Counted from the first letter of the stretch, positions 1-9,293 are shown. The stretch is 64,000 nucleotides of DNA from Synechococcus sp. (GCA_047285805.1 JBJBCN010000002.1:160001-224000); one strand, 5' to 3'. Notes: generated by a model from the sequence alone, not told the origin. Translations and numbers: made by a program.

Positions 1-198
1 GTATCGCCCGCCTCGGGGGCCGTACTGGGTTTCGTTGTTGAAGCTGGCTGCACTGTTGCGGCTCTGCCGCTTCAGCTCAGAGCTGCGAGCAACAGACTCA
101 GCAGCTTTTTTCATGGCTTGAGCCGCCCTTCGGAGCCTGACGTTCGGCGGATCTTTCGTGTCCCCGTAAGGACTGCCTGACCAGTTGATCAACGGCAT
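1..198 (-). CDS. Partial hypothetical protein running off the window, with a GPRGGRY motif
   Basis: Manual translation from ATG at 198: MPLINWSGSPYGDTKDPPNVRLRRAAQAMKKAAESVARSSELKRQSRNSAASFNNETQYGPRGGRY, open to base 1; not in the ORF track. Confidence 0.5.
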   Translation of the reverse strand, partial: MPLINWSGSPYGDTKDPPNVRLRRAAQAMKKAAESVARSSELKRQSRNSAASFNNETQYGPRGGRY

Positions 199-237
199 TC
201 CTCCTGTGACCGCCCCAACATTAGGCGGCTGATTCCA

Positions 238-438
238 TCACCAAGGCTCCTTCTCCCAATGGTCACGCCGGAGCTTGCGGCAGAGGTCGCACATGCAGGT
301 GAAGTCGTCACCCTCGCCCTCGTACCCGTTGAATCCACCCACGCCCCAGCGGGTGTGAAGGGTCCAGCGGAACTCGACGGCCAGCTCCTCGTCAGTGGGT
401 CGGGTGTTCAGGCCGCTGGTCATGCCTCCATGGTGCAC
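238..438 (-). CDS. Small hypothetical protein with CxCxxC motif
   Basis: ORF with CMCDLC; start uncertain. Confidence 0.4.
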   Translation of the reverse strand: MHHGGMTSGLNTRPTDEELAVEFRWTLHTRWGVGGFNGYEGEGDDFTCMCDLCRKLRRDHWEKEPW

Positions 439-452
439 CTAGCGTCTGCGGC

Positions 453-659
453 ATGAAACGCCTGCTTCTGCTGCTGGTGCCGATTGCCCTCCTGGCAGGG
501 TGCCAAAAGACTTACCCAGATTCCGAGGCGGCTTACTTCGCCTGCCTTGAATTTGAGATGGAGAAGAAGGTGGACAGGACCCGCTGTCGATCCGCAAGGT
601 CCTCAAAGCCGCACTACAAGACCGAGTTCCGAGGCAAGGACTACCGCTTCTACTACTGA
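453..659 (+). CDS. Small putative lipoprotein
   Basis: MKRLLLLLVPIALLAGC signal peptide with LAGC lipobox. Confidence 0.65.
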   Translation: MKRLLLLLVPIALLAGCQKTYPDSEAAYFACLEFEMEKKVDRTRCRSARSSKPHYKTEFRGKDYRFYY

Positions 660-914
660 GGCATCGTGTGCCAGTGGGTTTGAGACGCCGGAGACCTTGT
701 CCAGCCAGGTCTGTCCAGACCCTCGATCCGAAGTCGTATCGCTGAGGTTCCGGCCAGGTGGCCGGTGGTGAGACGCCAAAACCCAGGCCCAGCTGGGCCT
801 AAGACTCACCGCCGCCGGCGAACTGTCCTGCGTCACTGCCTATCCCGCCGGTACGCCAGGGCTGCATCTGATCCAAAAGATGTGTGCAAGCATCCTCCGA
901 GCTTCTAGAAGGAC

Positions 915-1217
915 ATGGCCAAGGGCTACTGGAACGTCGCGGGCACAATCACCAATCCAGAAGGGATGGGGCCTTACATCGCAGCCGCAGGAACCTATCT
1001 CGCCAAATGCGGAGCACGCTTCCTTGTTCGAGAGCTGAACACTGATGTCCGCGAAGGCAACCCGGGCCATCTGACCGTGATCATCGAATTCGAGAGCCTG
1101 GCTGCTGCGAAGGCTGCTTACGAGGCTGTTGAGTACCAGGAACTCAAGAAACTCCGCGACCCGCACAGCAATGTCTGTGTTTCCATCATCGAGGAAGGCG
1201 ATCATGCCGGGCACTGA
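915..1217 (+). CDS. DUF1330 family protein
   Basis: MAKGYW...GARFLVR...EG...VIIEFESLAAAKAAY...EYQ...R pattern; AAGGA before the ATG. Confidence 0.85.
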   Translation: MAKGYWNVAGTITNPEGMGPYIAAAGTYLAKCGARFLVRELNTDVREGNPGHLTVIIEFESLAAAKAAYEAVEYQELKKLRDPHSNVCVSIIEEGDHAGH

Positions 1218-1233
1218 GCTTTCCGTAGCCATG

Positions 1234-1259
1234 AAAAAACCGCGGTGGCTTCTCCGCGG
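1234..1259 (-). terminator. Rho-independent terminator downstream of the helicase gene
   Basis: Minus strand CCGCGG-agaagcca-CCGCGG followed by TTTTTT. Confidence 0.6.
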
Positions 1260-1335
1260 CTTAGATCTCCCTACCCAGGAATCCTCCCGGATGTCGTCAT
1301 GGTGCCGGCGCTCGTAGCCGTTTCAATCCGTACGT

Positions 1336-2763
1336 CTACTCAGGCTCATCGTCCTCCATCAGGTAGGGCAGTGCCCCTCGGGCGGGAGGTACTTGCTCCA
1401 GACCCATTGGCAGCATTGGGATCTCTTTAGTTCCCGGCACTTCCCCTGCGGGTAAAGCTGGGCGTTCTGGAGTTCCCGGGGGGAAGTCGTCGGGAACTTG
1501 GGAGACTTCAGTCACTGACTGACTTCTCGCTAAATTCCTTCCTTCCTCCCTTGCGTCCCCACGCGACTGGAGCCGCTGAAGCTCTTTCGGTGGCAGGGCG
1601 TAGTGACCGCGGTGCGGCCTGACGATTCTCTTCTCGCCGAACAGGCTCCCGAGGGTGTTGTCCACGGTTTTCGCCGCGAAGCTGTGCTTCTGGAACACCT
1701 CGTCGACTACGCCTCTGCGGCTGATCGACATCACCCCGCGCTGATGCCCGCCCCAGAGGACATCGATCACGGCTTCCGAGCAGTTGCCGACGATCTCGAC
1801 TTCCGGTGCGATCAGTAGCTGGCCTGTCTCCCGGTTCAGGCTGTAGACCACACCCCGCAGGGGATCGACCACAGCTGCTCGATCCTTCTTGAACTCGGCT
1901 TTGACGCCAAGGTCTTTGCCTTCGTCATCCTGTTGCCGGCTCAGCCGGATGACCATCGATGGCTCTTCAGCCCTTGCCTTTGCCCCGCTGTGGGCACCGT
2001 CTTTGGTTCCGTCATGGGACAGGAAGACGATGCTCGCGTCGTGTGGCTGGCAGATGCTTTGCCGCAGGTAGCGCAACATGTTGCCGACGCTTTCGTTCGA
2101 CGAGTAGCTCCACCCAGCTGCGCTGCTGACTGACTTCGCAGAGTCGATGAGCACCAAGTCGATCGAGTGCTTTTGGATGAACCGCTTCAGCTCGACAACT
2201 CCGTTGATGTCGGCTCGCCAGGCTTCATGGCCTTGATCTGGGGCGTGAGCCCAAGTCCAGATCATTTGAGCGGGGTCGCCGTTGGTCAGCAGCGCGTCGT
2301 GCGGGTCGATGGCCAGGTCATCCATCGCTTTGATCAGCGGCCCGGCGCCGCTGTCAGTCGCGATGAAGAGGCTGCGCCCCGTGTTGCTGTTGCCTGTTCG
2401 ATCTAGGAACGGCAACCCCTTGGCGAGTGCCCATGCCAAACCCAGCGCCATGGTGGTTTTGCCACAGCCGTAGGACCCGTAGATCAGGGCCGCATCACCC
2501 CTAGGTACCCATCCATCGATCAGATACCGGAGCTGCTCGATCCTGGTGAGGTCAACACCGTCGTGCTTTTTCCTGACCTTGGTTGTGGCCTGGTCTCCAA
2601 GGATTCGGAACAGGCGGCTGTTGATCTGCTCGTCGGTCAGTCGGAACTGCCCCTTGAGCGTCGATCGACAATCCATCTCGTCGTCTTCGCGCCGGTCCCT
2701 AATCGCTTCCAGCAGGAGCTGAAGGGTTTCCGTGAAAGCCAGAGCGTCGCTTGCTTCACTCAT
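1336..2763 (-). CDS. AAA_25/RepA-like (SF4-type) helicase with C-terminal winged-helix-like domain
   Basis: Walker A GSYGCGKT, Walker B LVLIDS, VFLSH motif; C-terminal SRRGVVDEV...TVDNTLGSL...IVRPHRGHY resembles a wHTH. Confidence 0.8.
   Translation of the reverse strand: MSEASDALAFTETLQLLLEAIRDRREDDEMDCRSTLKGQFRLTDEQINSRLFRILGDQATTKVRKKHDGVDLTRIEQLRYLIDGWVPRGDAALIYGSYGCGKTTMALGLAWALAKGLPFLDRTGNSNTGRSLFIATDSGAGPLIKAMDDLAIDPHDALLTNGDPAQMIWTWAHAPDQGHEAWRADINGVVELKRFIQKHSIDLVLIDSAKSVSSAAGWSYSSNESVGNMLRYLRQSICQPHDASIVFLSHDGTKDGAHSGAKARAEEPSMVIRLSRQQDDEGKDLGVKAEFKKDRAAVVDPLRGVVYSLNRETGQLLIAPEVEIVGNCSEAVIDVLWGGHQRGVMSISRRGVVDEVFQKHSFAAKTVDNTLGSLFGEKRIVRPHRGHYALPPKELQRLQSRGDAREEGRNLARSQSVTEVSQVPDDFPPGTPERPALPAGEVPGTKEIPMLPMGLEQVPPARGALPYLMEDDEPE
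1429..1498. repeat. Iteron-like ASTTCCC repeats, candidate replication origin
   Basis: agttccc 1429, acttccc 1439, agttccc 1471; inverted gggaagt 1481 and gggaact 1492. Confidence 0.55.
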
Positions 2764-3355
2764 CTCCCCGCTCCAAAGCTGCGATGTCCTCAGGGGTTGG
2801 GATTCCGAAGAACCACCTCGCGTTGTCGCGCTGGTAGGCGATGGCCTTCATTCGGTTTCTCAGAGTTTTGAGGTGCCGCTTCCAGCTCGGGTCGGCTGCG
2901 GCGATTGACTTCACCACCGGCTCCAACGCCAGCCCCTGGTCGGCGGTGCTGATGATCACGGGTAAATAGCGATCGGCTTCGTCGGCAGTTAGCAGTTCGA
3001 ACTCGGGGCACCGCAATGCTTCGCGGAAGCTGAGGTTGAACTGACGCAGTCGTCGGTAGGCCGCAAGTTGGCGGACCCGTCGTTCTGGTGCCTCTAGCTT
3101 TCTGACTCGCTTGGAAGCAGCCCCTCGGTCGGGCCTGAACTCGAAGGCGTTACCACTGAATCCGGCATCGGTCCTGCCCAGGTGCCAAGCGGCACCGTTG
3201 ACTGAGATGACATCACCAGGTCGCAGGTGTTGCGGCGGATGGAACCGTGTGCCGGAATGGCACAAGATCAGGTCATCGCTGAAACGGCAGTCACCATCAA
3301 CGTTTCGCCCGCAGGCGGGGCATGGCTGTCGCGGACTTAATTTCTGGAGGTGCAT
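2756..3355 (-). CDS. Primase-type zinc-binding-domain protein, no catalytic primase domain evident
   Basis: N-terminal CPACGR...C...LILCH; GGAGG RBS; overlaps the helicase start. Confidence 0.65.
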   Translation of the reverse strand: MHLQKLSPRQPCPACGRNVDGDCRFSDDLILCHSGTRFHPPQHLRPGDVISVNGAAWHLGRTDAGFSGNAFEFRPDRGAASKRVRKLEAPERRVRQLAAYRRLRQFNLSFREALRCPEFELLTADEADRYLPVIISTADQGLALEPVVKSIAAADPSWKRHLKTLRNRMKAIAYQRDNARWFFGIPTPEDIAALERGDE

Positions 3356-3528
3356 CACCGACCTCCTTGCGCATGCTTTGGCGCACTTAGAGCCTTGTCG
3401 GCGAAGTTGAAGCTAGTGGCCTCACTCTTCTTGGCTGTTTTGAACGGTTGCTCCGTTAGCAGCCGATCCGGTCTTAACGTTGGCGTAGCGATATTCCAAC
3501 GGTGACCGGCGCGTTTTGCGTCGGTCAT
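3355..3528 (-). CDS. 57-aa hypothetical protein, translationally coupled
   Basis: Manual translation MTDAKRAGHRW...HAQGGR; TGATG overlap with the next ATG; starts 4 nt after the Xis-like stop. Confidence 0.5.
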   Translation of the reverse strand: MTDAKRAGHRWNIATPTLRPDRLLTEQPFKTAKKSEATSFNFADKALSAPKHAQGGR

Positions 3529-3532
3529 TTTT

Positions 3533-3775
3533 TTATTGGAGTGTCTTCAGAACTGCTTCTGCTCCAAGTCGCATGAGCCCGCGACGGTGAAACTCTGCTC
3601 TGCACGCAGTGACGTTCCAGCTAATCGCCGATGCACCGGTTGGTCCGTAACTCCAGTGACGACCGGCAACTAAAAAGCCGCCATCAATGTCGCGATAACG
3701 CTTGAGAGTTTTTGCGCTGTAGCAAAGCGCGTGAATAGCCAGTGGCGTTGGCAGCCACTCGTCTGAGGAATTCAT
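3533..3775 (-). CDS. Putative excisionase / HTH DNA-binding protein
   Basis: 80 aa, EWLPT..A..AL..SAKTLKRYRD..GG.L..G.HW, a MerR/Xis-like HTH pattern next to an integrase. Confidence 0.7.
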   Translation of the reverse strand: MNSSDEWLPTPLAIHALCYSAKTLKRYRDIDGGFLVAGRHWSYGPTGASAISWNVTACRAEFHRRGLMRLGAEAVLKTLQ

Positions 3776-4049
3776 TTCTCATTGGAGGTGCCTTGCTCTA
3801 CGAGTGTTCCGCTTAAGCCTCTTCTCTCCCGTAAGGAGTGGGCAGAACTAACTCGGAGACACCCACCGGCGTAGCCGTCAACTCAGACTCCCACAGGGAG
3901 ATGGGCACAGCCCTCAAACTGAATTCAGTGGTTCAATCCGATTACGACGCGGCACAGCCTTGTCGATTTCGCAATCGAGCCTTGGCACAACCATGACTCG
4001 AAGGTTCTTTGTCCGGATGAGCAAGTTATCCGGCGTGAACAAATTACTT

Positions 4050-5381
4050 CTAGATGGATTCCCTGGGTATGTCAAGGGTCGCCAAGGTGCACCAGGGATT
4101 AATTCCATTGTTGGATCCTATTTGTAGCTTCGCTACTGCATCTTTCAGCCCCGCGTCATCTACCCATCGTCCGTAAGTTGAGTGGTGGACTTGTGGGCTG
4201 TGTCCCATGAGTGCTGCTGCATCTCTGATCGCCATGGGTCGGTCGTAAGCCTTGTGCGCCCGCCATGCCCACCCGTGCCGAAGGCTGTATGGCGTCAGGC
4301 CGGGATGTTTCGCCACCAGCGACTGCCAGGGCTTGTATCGCTCTAGTTGTTGGCGGAACTCATCACCAACAGGCTTCCAGCCTTTCTCGTCCACTGTGTT
4401 GATGCGTTTCAGCAGTGCCGCTGGGAACTGGACCATCCCGCTGCGCCACAACGCCAGTATTCGCTGCCCCTCGCCCTCGCGTCCAGGGATGTCCAAGGGT
4501 TGAACAAGTCGGGGCGCTTTCACCCGCTGCCTCAGTGTCTTGCTGTTGCGTTTGACGGTGCTTCGGACCTTCAGGTCACCGTCTTCAACCACCAAGGCGC
4601 CCAGTTCGGCTGGTCGGAGCCCGTAGAGCCCAACTAGTGCCGTCGCCAGCATCAAGCCCACCTTGTCGTCAGCACGCATTGCGTCCAGGAGATTCCCTAG
4701 GTCCTCGGGCATCACCGGCGGGGTCAGGGCGTACTCGGTTGGTCGGTCGTCCGCCCCGACTAGCTCTCGGACTTCCTCCCGTTCCAGAGGCAGCCATCGC
4801 TGGTCGTATCCGAAGTGCTTAACGGCAAAGCGCAGAAGCCCGGAAACGTTGTTGAGCTGCGTGACCCGTCCGCTTCCCCCAGGGCGGCATTGAGCGAAGT
4901 GCTGTGCGGCATAGCAGCGCATCAGTTGACTTCCGTCTCTCGGGCGCGGCTTGCGGTCCAGGGTCTCCAGTACCCGCTGCATGTGGCAGTTCAGATCCTT
5001 GAGGGTTGTTCCACGACGGTTGGCTCGTGAGGCAATGAATTCCTCCACCACCAGCGGCCACCCTTGATCTGCCACGGGCTTGGAGGACGTCGCCGGAGCT
5101 GCCTCTCTGGCGCTCCATAGCGCCTTCGCATCAGCCAGGGAGCAATGCCGGCTATCCACCAGCTCTTTGATGCTGCAGACCGCCGTGAGGATCGCTGCGG
5201 AGTCGGTGGCGGACCATCCCGTGCCCAGCATCACGCTCTGCCTGGGATTCGCCTGCTGCCTGCCCTCGTTGAAGCGCCTTGTGAGCTGGCAATCACCATT
5301 GCGCTCGGCAATGCCCCAGCCGGGTCCGCAGGAGTGCTTGATCTGCCGTCTCAAGCCCTGAAACCACTGTTCCCGACTCAT
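4050..5381 (-). CDS. Tyrosine recombinase / integrase
   Basis: YGLRPAEL (R), YSLRH, MGH, TYGRW (Y); likely start MSREQW at 5381. Confidence 0.92.
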   Translation of the reverse strand: MSREQWFQGLRRQIKHSCGPGWGIAERNGDCQLTRRFNEGRQQANPRQSVMLGTGWSATDSAAILTAVCSIKELVDSRHCSLADAKALWSAREAAPATSSKPVADQGWPLVVEEFIASRANRRGTTLKDLNCHMQRVLETLDRKPRPRDGSQLMRCYAAQHFAQCRPGGSGRVTQLNNVSGLLRFAVKHFGYDQRWLPLEREEVRELVGADDRPTEYALTPPVMPEDLGNLLDAMRADDKVGLMLATALVGLYGLRPAELGALVVEDGDLKVRSTVKRNSKTLRQRVKAPRLVQPLDIPGREGEGQRILALWRSGMVQFPAALLKRINTVDEKGWKPVGDEFRQQLERYKPWQSLVAKHPGLTPYSLRHGWAWRAHKAYDRPMAIRDAAALMGHSPQVHHSTYGRWVDDAGLKDAVAKLQIGSNNGINPWCTLATLDIPRESI

Positions 5382-5382
5382 G

Positions 5383-5464
5383 TGCGCAGAAATTTCCCCA
5401 TGCGCAGAATCATGCGCAGAAGTGGGGTTCTCTGGGATGCCCCAGGTAGGACAACATGCGCAGA
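5383..5464. repeat. Four TGCGCAGA direct repeats, putative integrase arm-type sites
   Basis: tgcgcaga at 5383, 5401, 5413, 5457; three preceded by ca. Confidence 0.6.
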
Positions 5465-5481
5465 TGCTGCGTCCTAGGCAC

Positions 5482-5506
5482 AAAAAAACCCAGTCAGTGA
5501 CTGGGT
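5482..5506 (-). terminator. Terminator after tRNA-Ala
   Basis: Minus strand ACCCAGTC-act-GACTGGGT followed by a T run. Confidence 0.75.
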
Positions 5507-5514
5507 CCTCTAAG

Positions 5515-5587
5515 TGGAGCCAAGGAGACTCGAACTCCTGACCCCCTGCATGCCATGCAGGTGCTCTACCAGCTGAGCTATGGCCCC
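5515..5587 (-). tRNA. tRNA-Ala (GGC)
   Basis: GGGGCCATAGCTCAGCTGGTAGAGCACCTGCATGGCATGCAGGGGGTCAGGAGTTCGAGTCTCCTTGGCTCCA folds as a cloverleaf with anticodon GGC. Confidence 0.98.
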
Positions 5588-5677
5588 TTTGGGTATCGAT
5601 GAACTCGCCTGGCGCTGGTCGTCAGGGATGGCCCGAAGGCCGTGTCTCCGATGGAGAAAGCTTACACCGCAGAGGGT

Positions 5678-6304
5678 TTAAACCTGACGCCAGACCGCCA
5701 CCAGCTTCCCTTGGATGGCCACTTGCTCGGCATCCACCAGGATCGGTTCGTAGGCGGGATTCGCGGCCTCAAGGCGCACCTGCCGGCCGTCGCGATGGAA
5801 GTGCTTGAGGGTGGTTCCGCTGCCGGGCACCATGGCGCTGACGATCGTGCCCTCCCGCAGTCGGCTCGGCTCCATGACGGGCTCCATCAAAACGACGTCA
5901 CCGTCGGCGATGTGGGCATCCACCATCGAGTCGCCGTTGACCGTCAGGGCGAAGAGGCCGCGGGTGGCCAGCACCGGCTCCAGCTCCAGCCGCTGCTCGA
6001 CGTCGTCAAAGGCTTCGACCAGACCACCGGCAGCAACGGCACCCAGCACAGGAATGCCACCACCTATGGCGTCGCCGAGCAGTTGCAGGGTTCGGGCCTG
6101 GCCTTCATTCCAGGTGATCCAACCCTTCTGTTGCAGGTGGCGCAGGCGGCTCTGAATCGGCGCCGGAGAGCGAAGCCCCATCGCCTCCATCATTTGCCGA
6201 ATCGAGGGGCTGTGGCGGTGTTCGCCGATGTACTCGGAGAGCCAGTCGTAGAGCTCTTGCTGGGCGGTGGTCAGGGGCTCAGGCGATCCAGCGGGCACCG
6301 GCAA
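5678..6304 (-). CDS. lexA: LexA repressor
   Basis: N-terminal HTH (SPSIRQM), VAAG cleavage site, GDSM catalytic Ser, TLK catalytic Lys. Confidence 0.97.
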   Translation of the reverse strand: MPVPAGSPEPLTTAQQELYDWLSEYIGEHRHSPSIRQMMEAMGLRSPAPIQSRLRHLQQKGWITWNEGQARTLQLLGDAIGGGIPVLGAVAAGGLVEAFDDVEQRLELEPVLATRGLFALTVNGDSMVDAHIADGDVVLMEPVMEPSRLREGTIVSAMVPGSGTTLKHFHRDGRQVRLEAANPAYEPILVDAEQVAIQGKLVAVWRQV

Positions 6305-6318
6305 TGCATTTGTTCGTC

Positions 6319-6332
6319 AATACATTTGTACC
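6319..6332 (-). promoter_or_regulatory. Cyanobacterial LexA (SOS) box
   Basis: GGTACAAATGTATT just upstream of the lexA start, close to the RGTAC-N4-GTWC consensus. Confidence 0.7.
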
Positions 6333-6359
6333 GCCGGGCCTTTGCTTTGGCAACCGGTT

Positions 6360-7304
6360 TCAGGAGAGCACGGCCGCCAGTAGGGCCTGCTGGGCGTGCA
6401 GACGGTTTTCGGCTTGATCGAAGATCCGGCTGCTGCTTCCTTCCATGGCGCCGGCGCTGATCTCCAGGCCGCGGTAGGCGGGCAGGCAGTGGAGCACGAT
6501 CGCTTTGGGATCGGCCTCGGCGACCAGCTCCTCATTGAGACACCAGCCGCTGAAGGCTTGCTCCCGCTCGCTCTTCTCCTCTTCTTGGCCCATCGAGGCC
6601 CAGACATCGGTGTATAGGGCATGGGCACCGCGGACGGCTGCAACCGGTTCTTGAATGACCTCGATGCTGCAGCGGTCGCCCGCCAGATCCCGGGCCTGCT
6701 GCAGAACAGCCGCGTCGGGTTCGTAGCCCTTGGGGCAGCCCACGCGGATGTTCACCCCCAGCAGGGCACCGCAGAGCATGAGCGAGTGGGCGACGTTGTT
6801 GCCGTCTCCGACGTAGGAGAGGGTGAGCCCTTCGATCGAGCCGAAGGCTCCCTGCAAAGTCAGGAAATCGGCGAGGGCCTGGCAGGGGTGCTCCAGGTCG
6901 GTCAGGGCATTGATGACCGGAATCGAGGCCCAGTGGGCGTACTCCGCGAGCTCCTCTTGGGCAAACGTGCGGATCGAGAGGGCGTCGACGTAGCGGCTCA
7001 GCACCCGGGCGGTATCCGCGACGGGCTCTCCGCGCCCCACTTGGCTGACCTGGGGATTGAGGTCGATGGTCTGGCCGCCCAGGCGGGCCATGGCCACGCT
7101 GAAGCTGACCCGGGTGCGGGTGGAGGCCTTGCTGAAGATCAGGCCCAGCACTTTCCCGCTCAGGTCCACGCGTGTGCTGCCGGCCTTAAGATCCGCCGCC
7201 AGCTCGAGCACGGCTTGGGTTTGCTCCGCCGTGACATCGGCTGACGAGAGGTAGTCGCGTCCGCTGAGGCCGGCGAGGTAGGGATAGCCGCTGAGTGCAG
7301 CCAT
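6360..7304 (-). CDS. argF: Ornithine carbamoyltransferase
   Basis: STRT, HPCQ, HCLP motifs. Confidence 0.97.
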   Translation of the reverse strand: MAALSGYPYLAGLSGRDYLSSADVTAEQTQAVLELAADLKAGSTRVDLSGKVLGLIFSKASTRTRVSFSVAMARLGGQTIDLNPQVSQVGRGEPVADTARVLSRYVDALSIRTFAQEELAEYAHWASIPVINALTDLEHPCQALADFLTLQGAFGSIEGLTLSYVGDGNNVAHSLMLCGALLGVNIRVGCPKGYEPDAAVLQQARDLAGDRCSIEVIQEPVAAVRGAHALYTDVWASMGQEEEKSEREQAFSGWCLNEELVAEADPKAIVLHCLPAYRGLEISAGAMEGSSSRIFDQAENRLHAQQALLAAVLS

Positions 7305-7365
7305 GGGCCCGTCTTCAAAGAACCCTTATCTGAGATAACGGGCCCCCGCGTCAACCCCTTGCGGA

Positions 7366-9246
7366 TCAAGCGATTGCTTGAGCGTCCTCGGGCATGACGC
7401 TGCTGGCTAGCAGATCCTTGAGATCATCGCCTTCGATCACCTCTTTTTCGAGGATCTGTTGGGAGATGCTCTCCATCAGCTCGCGGTTATGGCGAAGGAT
7501 GGACAGGGCCCGATCATGGGCGCGGTCCACCAGGGTGCGCACCTCCTTGTCGATCGCCTGCGCGGTGGCGTCGCTGACGGAACGGCGCGGGTTGTTGGCG
7601 GCGCCGAGGAAGCGGCTGCCGCCCTGCTTGTCATAGGCGAGGGGGCCAAGGATGTCGCTCATCCCGTAGGTCCCGACCATCTGCTCGGCGATGTCCGTAG
7701 CGCGCTGCAAATCGTTGGCCGCACCGGTGGTGACTGCACCAAAGACGATCTCCTCAGCGCTGCGGCCGCCCAATAGGGTGGCGATCTGTCCCTCGAGGTC
7801 TTCCTTGGAATTCAGGAAGCGCTCTTCGGTGGGCAGCTGCAGGGTGTATCCCAGGGCGGCCATGCCGCGCGGAACGATCGAAATCTTGGCGACCTTGCTG
7901 CCGCCAGGCATCAGGTGGCCAACGATGGCGTGGCCGACCTCGTGATAAGCCACGACCTTCTTTTCGTCGGGCTGGAGCACGCGGCTCTTTTTCTCGAGGC
8001 CAGCCACGACCCGCTCGATTGCCTCATTGAGGTCGACTTGTTCCACACAGGTCCGCTTGGCACGGGCGGCCAGCAGAGCCCCTTCATTGACGAGATTGGC
8101 CAGATCCGCACCGGCGAAGCCACTGGTGGCCTGGGCGATCCGGTCGAGATCAACGCCCGGGGCCAGCTTCACCTTGCGTGCGTAGATGTCGAGGATGGTC
8201 TTGCGGCCGGAGAGGTCTGGGCGGTCTACCAGCACCTGGCGGTCGAAGCGACCGGGACGCAGAAGGGCGGCGTCGAGGGTTTCCGGTTGGTTGGTCGCGG
8301 CCAGGACGATCACCGGCTTGTCCTTGGCGGCAAAGCCATCCATCTCGGTGAGCAGCTGGTTGAGGGTCTGCTCGCGTTCGTCGTTGCCGCCGACGACGCC
8401 CATCGAACCCGCACGGCTCTTGCCGATTGCATCGAGTTCGTCGATGAAAATGATGCAGGGCGCTTTTTTCTTGGCCTCTTCAAAGAGGTCACGCACGCGG
8501 GCTGCACCGGCGCCAACGAAGAGTTCAACGAACTCCGAGCCGCTTATGATGAAGAACGGAACGCCCGCCTCACCGGCTACGGCTTTGGAGAGCAGGGTCT
8601 TTCCGGTGCCGGGAGGGCCCACCAGCAGAACGCCCTTGGGGATGCGGGCGCCGATCGCCGTGTAGCGCTCGGATGACTTCAGGAAGTCGACGATCTCAGT
8701 AAGTTCCTGTTTGGCCTCGTCCACGCCGGCCACGTCGGCAAAGGTGATCCGGGATTCCTCGTCCGGGACATAGACCTTGGCCTTGCTCTTGGTGAAGCTC
8801 AGGGCACCTTGGGCGCCACCCATGGAGCGGCGGGCGAAGAACTGCAGCACCAAGATGAAGATCAAGGGCGGAACGATCCAGCTCAGGGCTGTGGTGATGA
8901 AGCTGGGCTTCTGGGGCGGGGCGGCGGCGAACTCAACGCCGTGTTCCTCGAGCCGCTTCGGCAGATCCATATCGAAGATCGGCGTCGTGGCGAGCACCGA
9001 GGGGGCGTCATCCTCGGGAGGCGCCTTGAGTTCGTAGCGGATCTGCTCTTGGGTGATGTAGGCGCGGCGGACATTGCCGTCGTCCACCTGGCTCACGAAG
9101 AGGGAATAGGGAACCCGGGGCACCTGCTGCATGCCCTGGTTGGGCAGGAAGCTGCTCACGAGCAGCAGCACGCCAAAGCCAATCAGGAGCAGATTGACGA
9201 GGCCGAAGCGCCGGTTCGGGGGCGTGTCGTCCTTGCGGATAGGCAT
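7366..9246 (-). CDS. ftsH: ATP-dependent zinc metalloprotease FtsH
   Basis: Two TM segments, [13 protein letters not shown]; likely start MPIRK. Confidence 0.97.
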   Translation of the reverse strand: MPIRKDDTPPNRRFGLVNLLLIGFGVLLLVSSFLPNQGMQQVPRVPYSLFVSQVDDGNVRRAYITQEQIRYELKAPPEDDAPSVLATTPIFDMDLPKRLEEHGVEFAAAPPQKPSFITTALSWIVPPLIFILVLQFFARRSMGGAQGALSFTKSKAKVYVPDEESRITFADVAGVDEAKQELTEIVDFLKSSERYTAIGARIPKGVLLVGPPGTGKTLLSKAVAGEAGVPFFIISGSEFVELFVGAGAARVRDLFEEAKKKAPCIIFIDELDAIGKSRAGSMGVVGGNDEREQTLNQLLTEMDGFAAKDKPVIVLAATNQPETLDAALLRPGRFDRQVLVDRPDLSGRKTILDIYARKVKLAPGVDLDRIAQATSGFAGADLANLVNEGALLAARAKRTCVEQVDLNEAIERVVAGLEKKSRVLQPDEKKVVAYHEVGHAIVGHLMPGGSKVAKISIVPRGMAALGYTLQLPTEERFLNSKEDLEGQIATLLGGRSAEEIVFGAVTTGAANDLQRATDIAEQMVGTYGMSDILGPLAYDKQGGSRFLGAANNPRRSVSDATAQAIDKEVRTLVDRAHDRALSILRHNRELMESISQQILEKEVIEGDDLKDLLASSVMPEDAQAIA

Positions 9247-9293
9247 GCGACGGGTGCGCGTTTGCCCCAAACTAGGCTTGTCTACAGGCCCCA

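Larger units (their letters stand above)
1..5514. mobile_element. tRNA-Ala-integrated element (tycheposon / phage-satellite-like), left end outside the window
   Basis: Tyrosine integrase directly downstream of the tRNA-Ala 3' end, then a co-oriented Xis-like gene, Zn-finger gene and AAA helicase, then small cargo ORFs; no duplicate of the tRNA 3' end seen in the window. Confidence 0.8.

Noticed and set aside
681..777. TGAGACGCC repeat at 681 and 769
   Set aside because: Only two 9-bp copies with no array structure; not CRISPR-like
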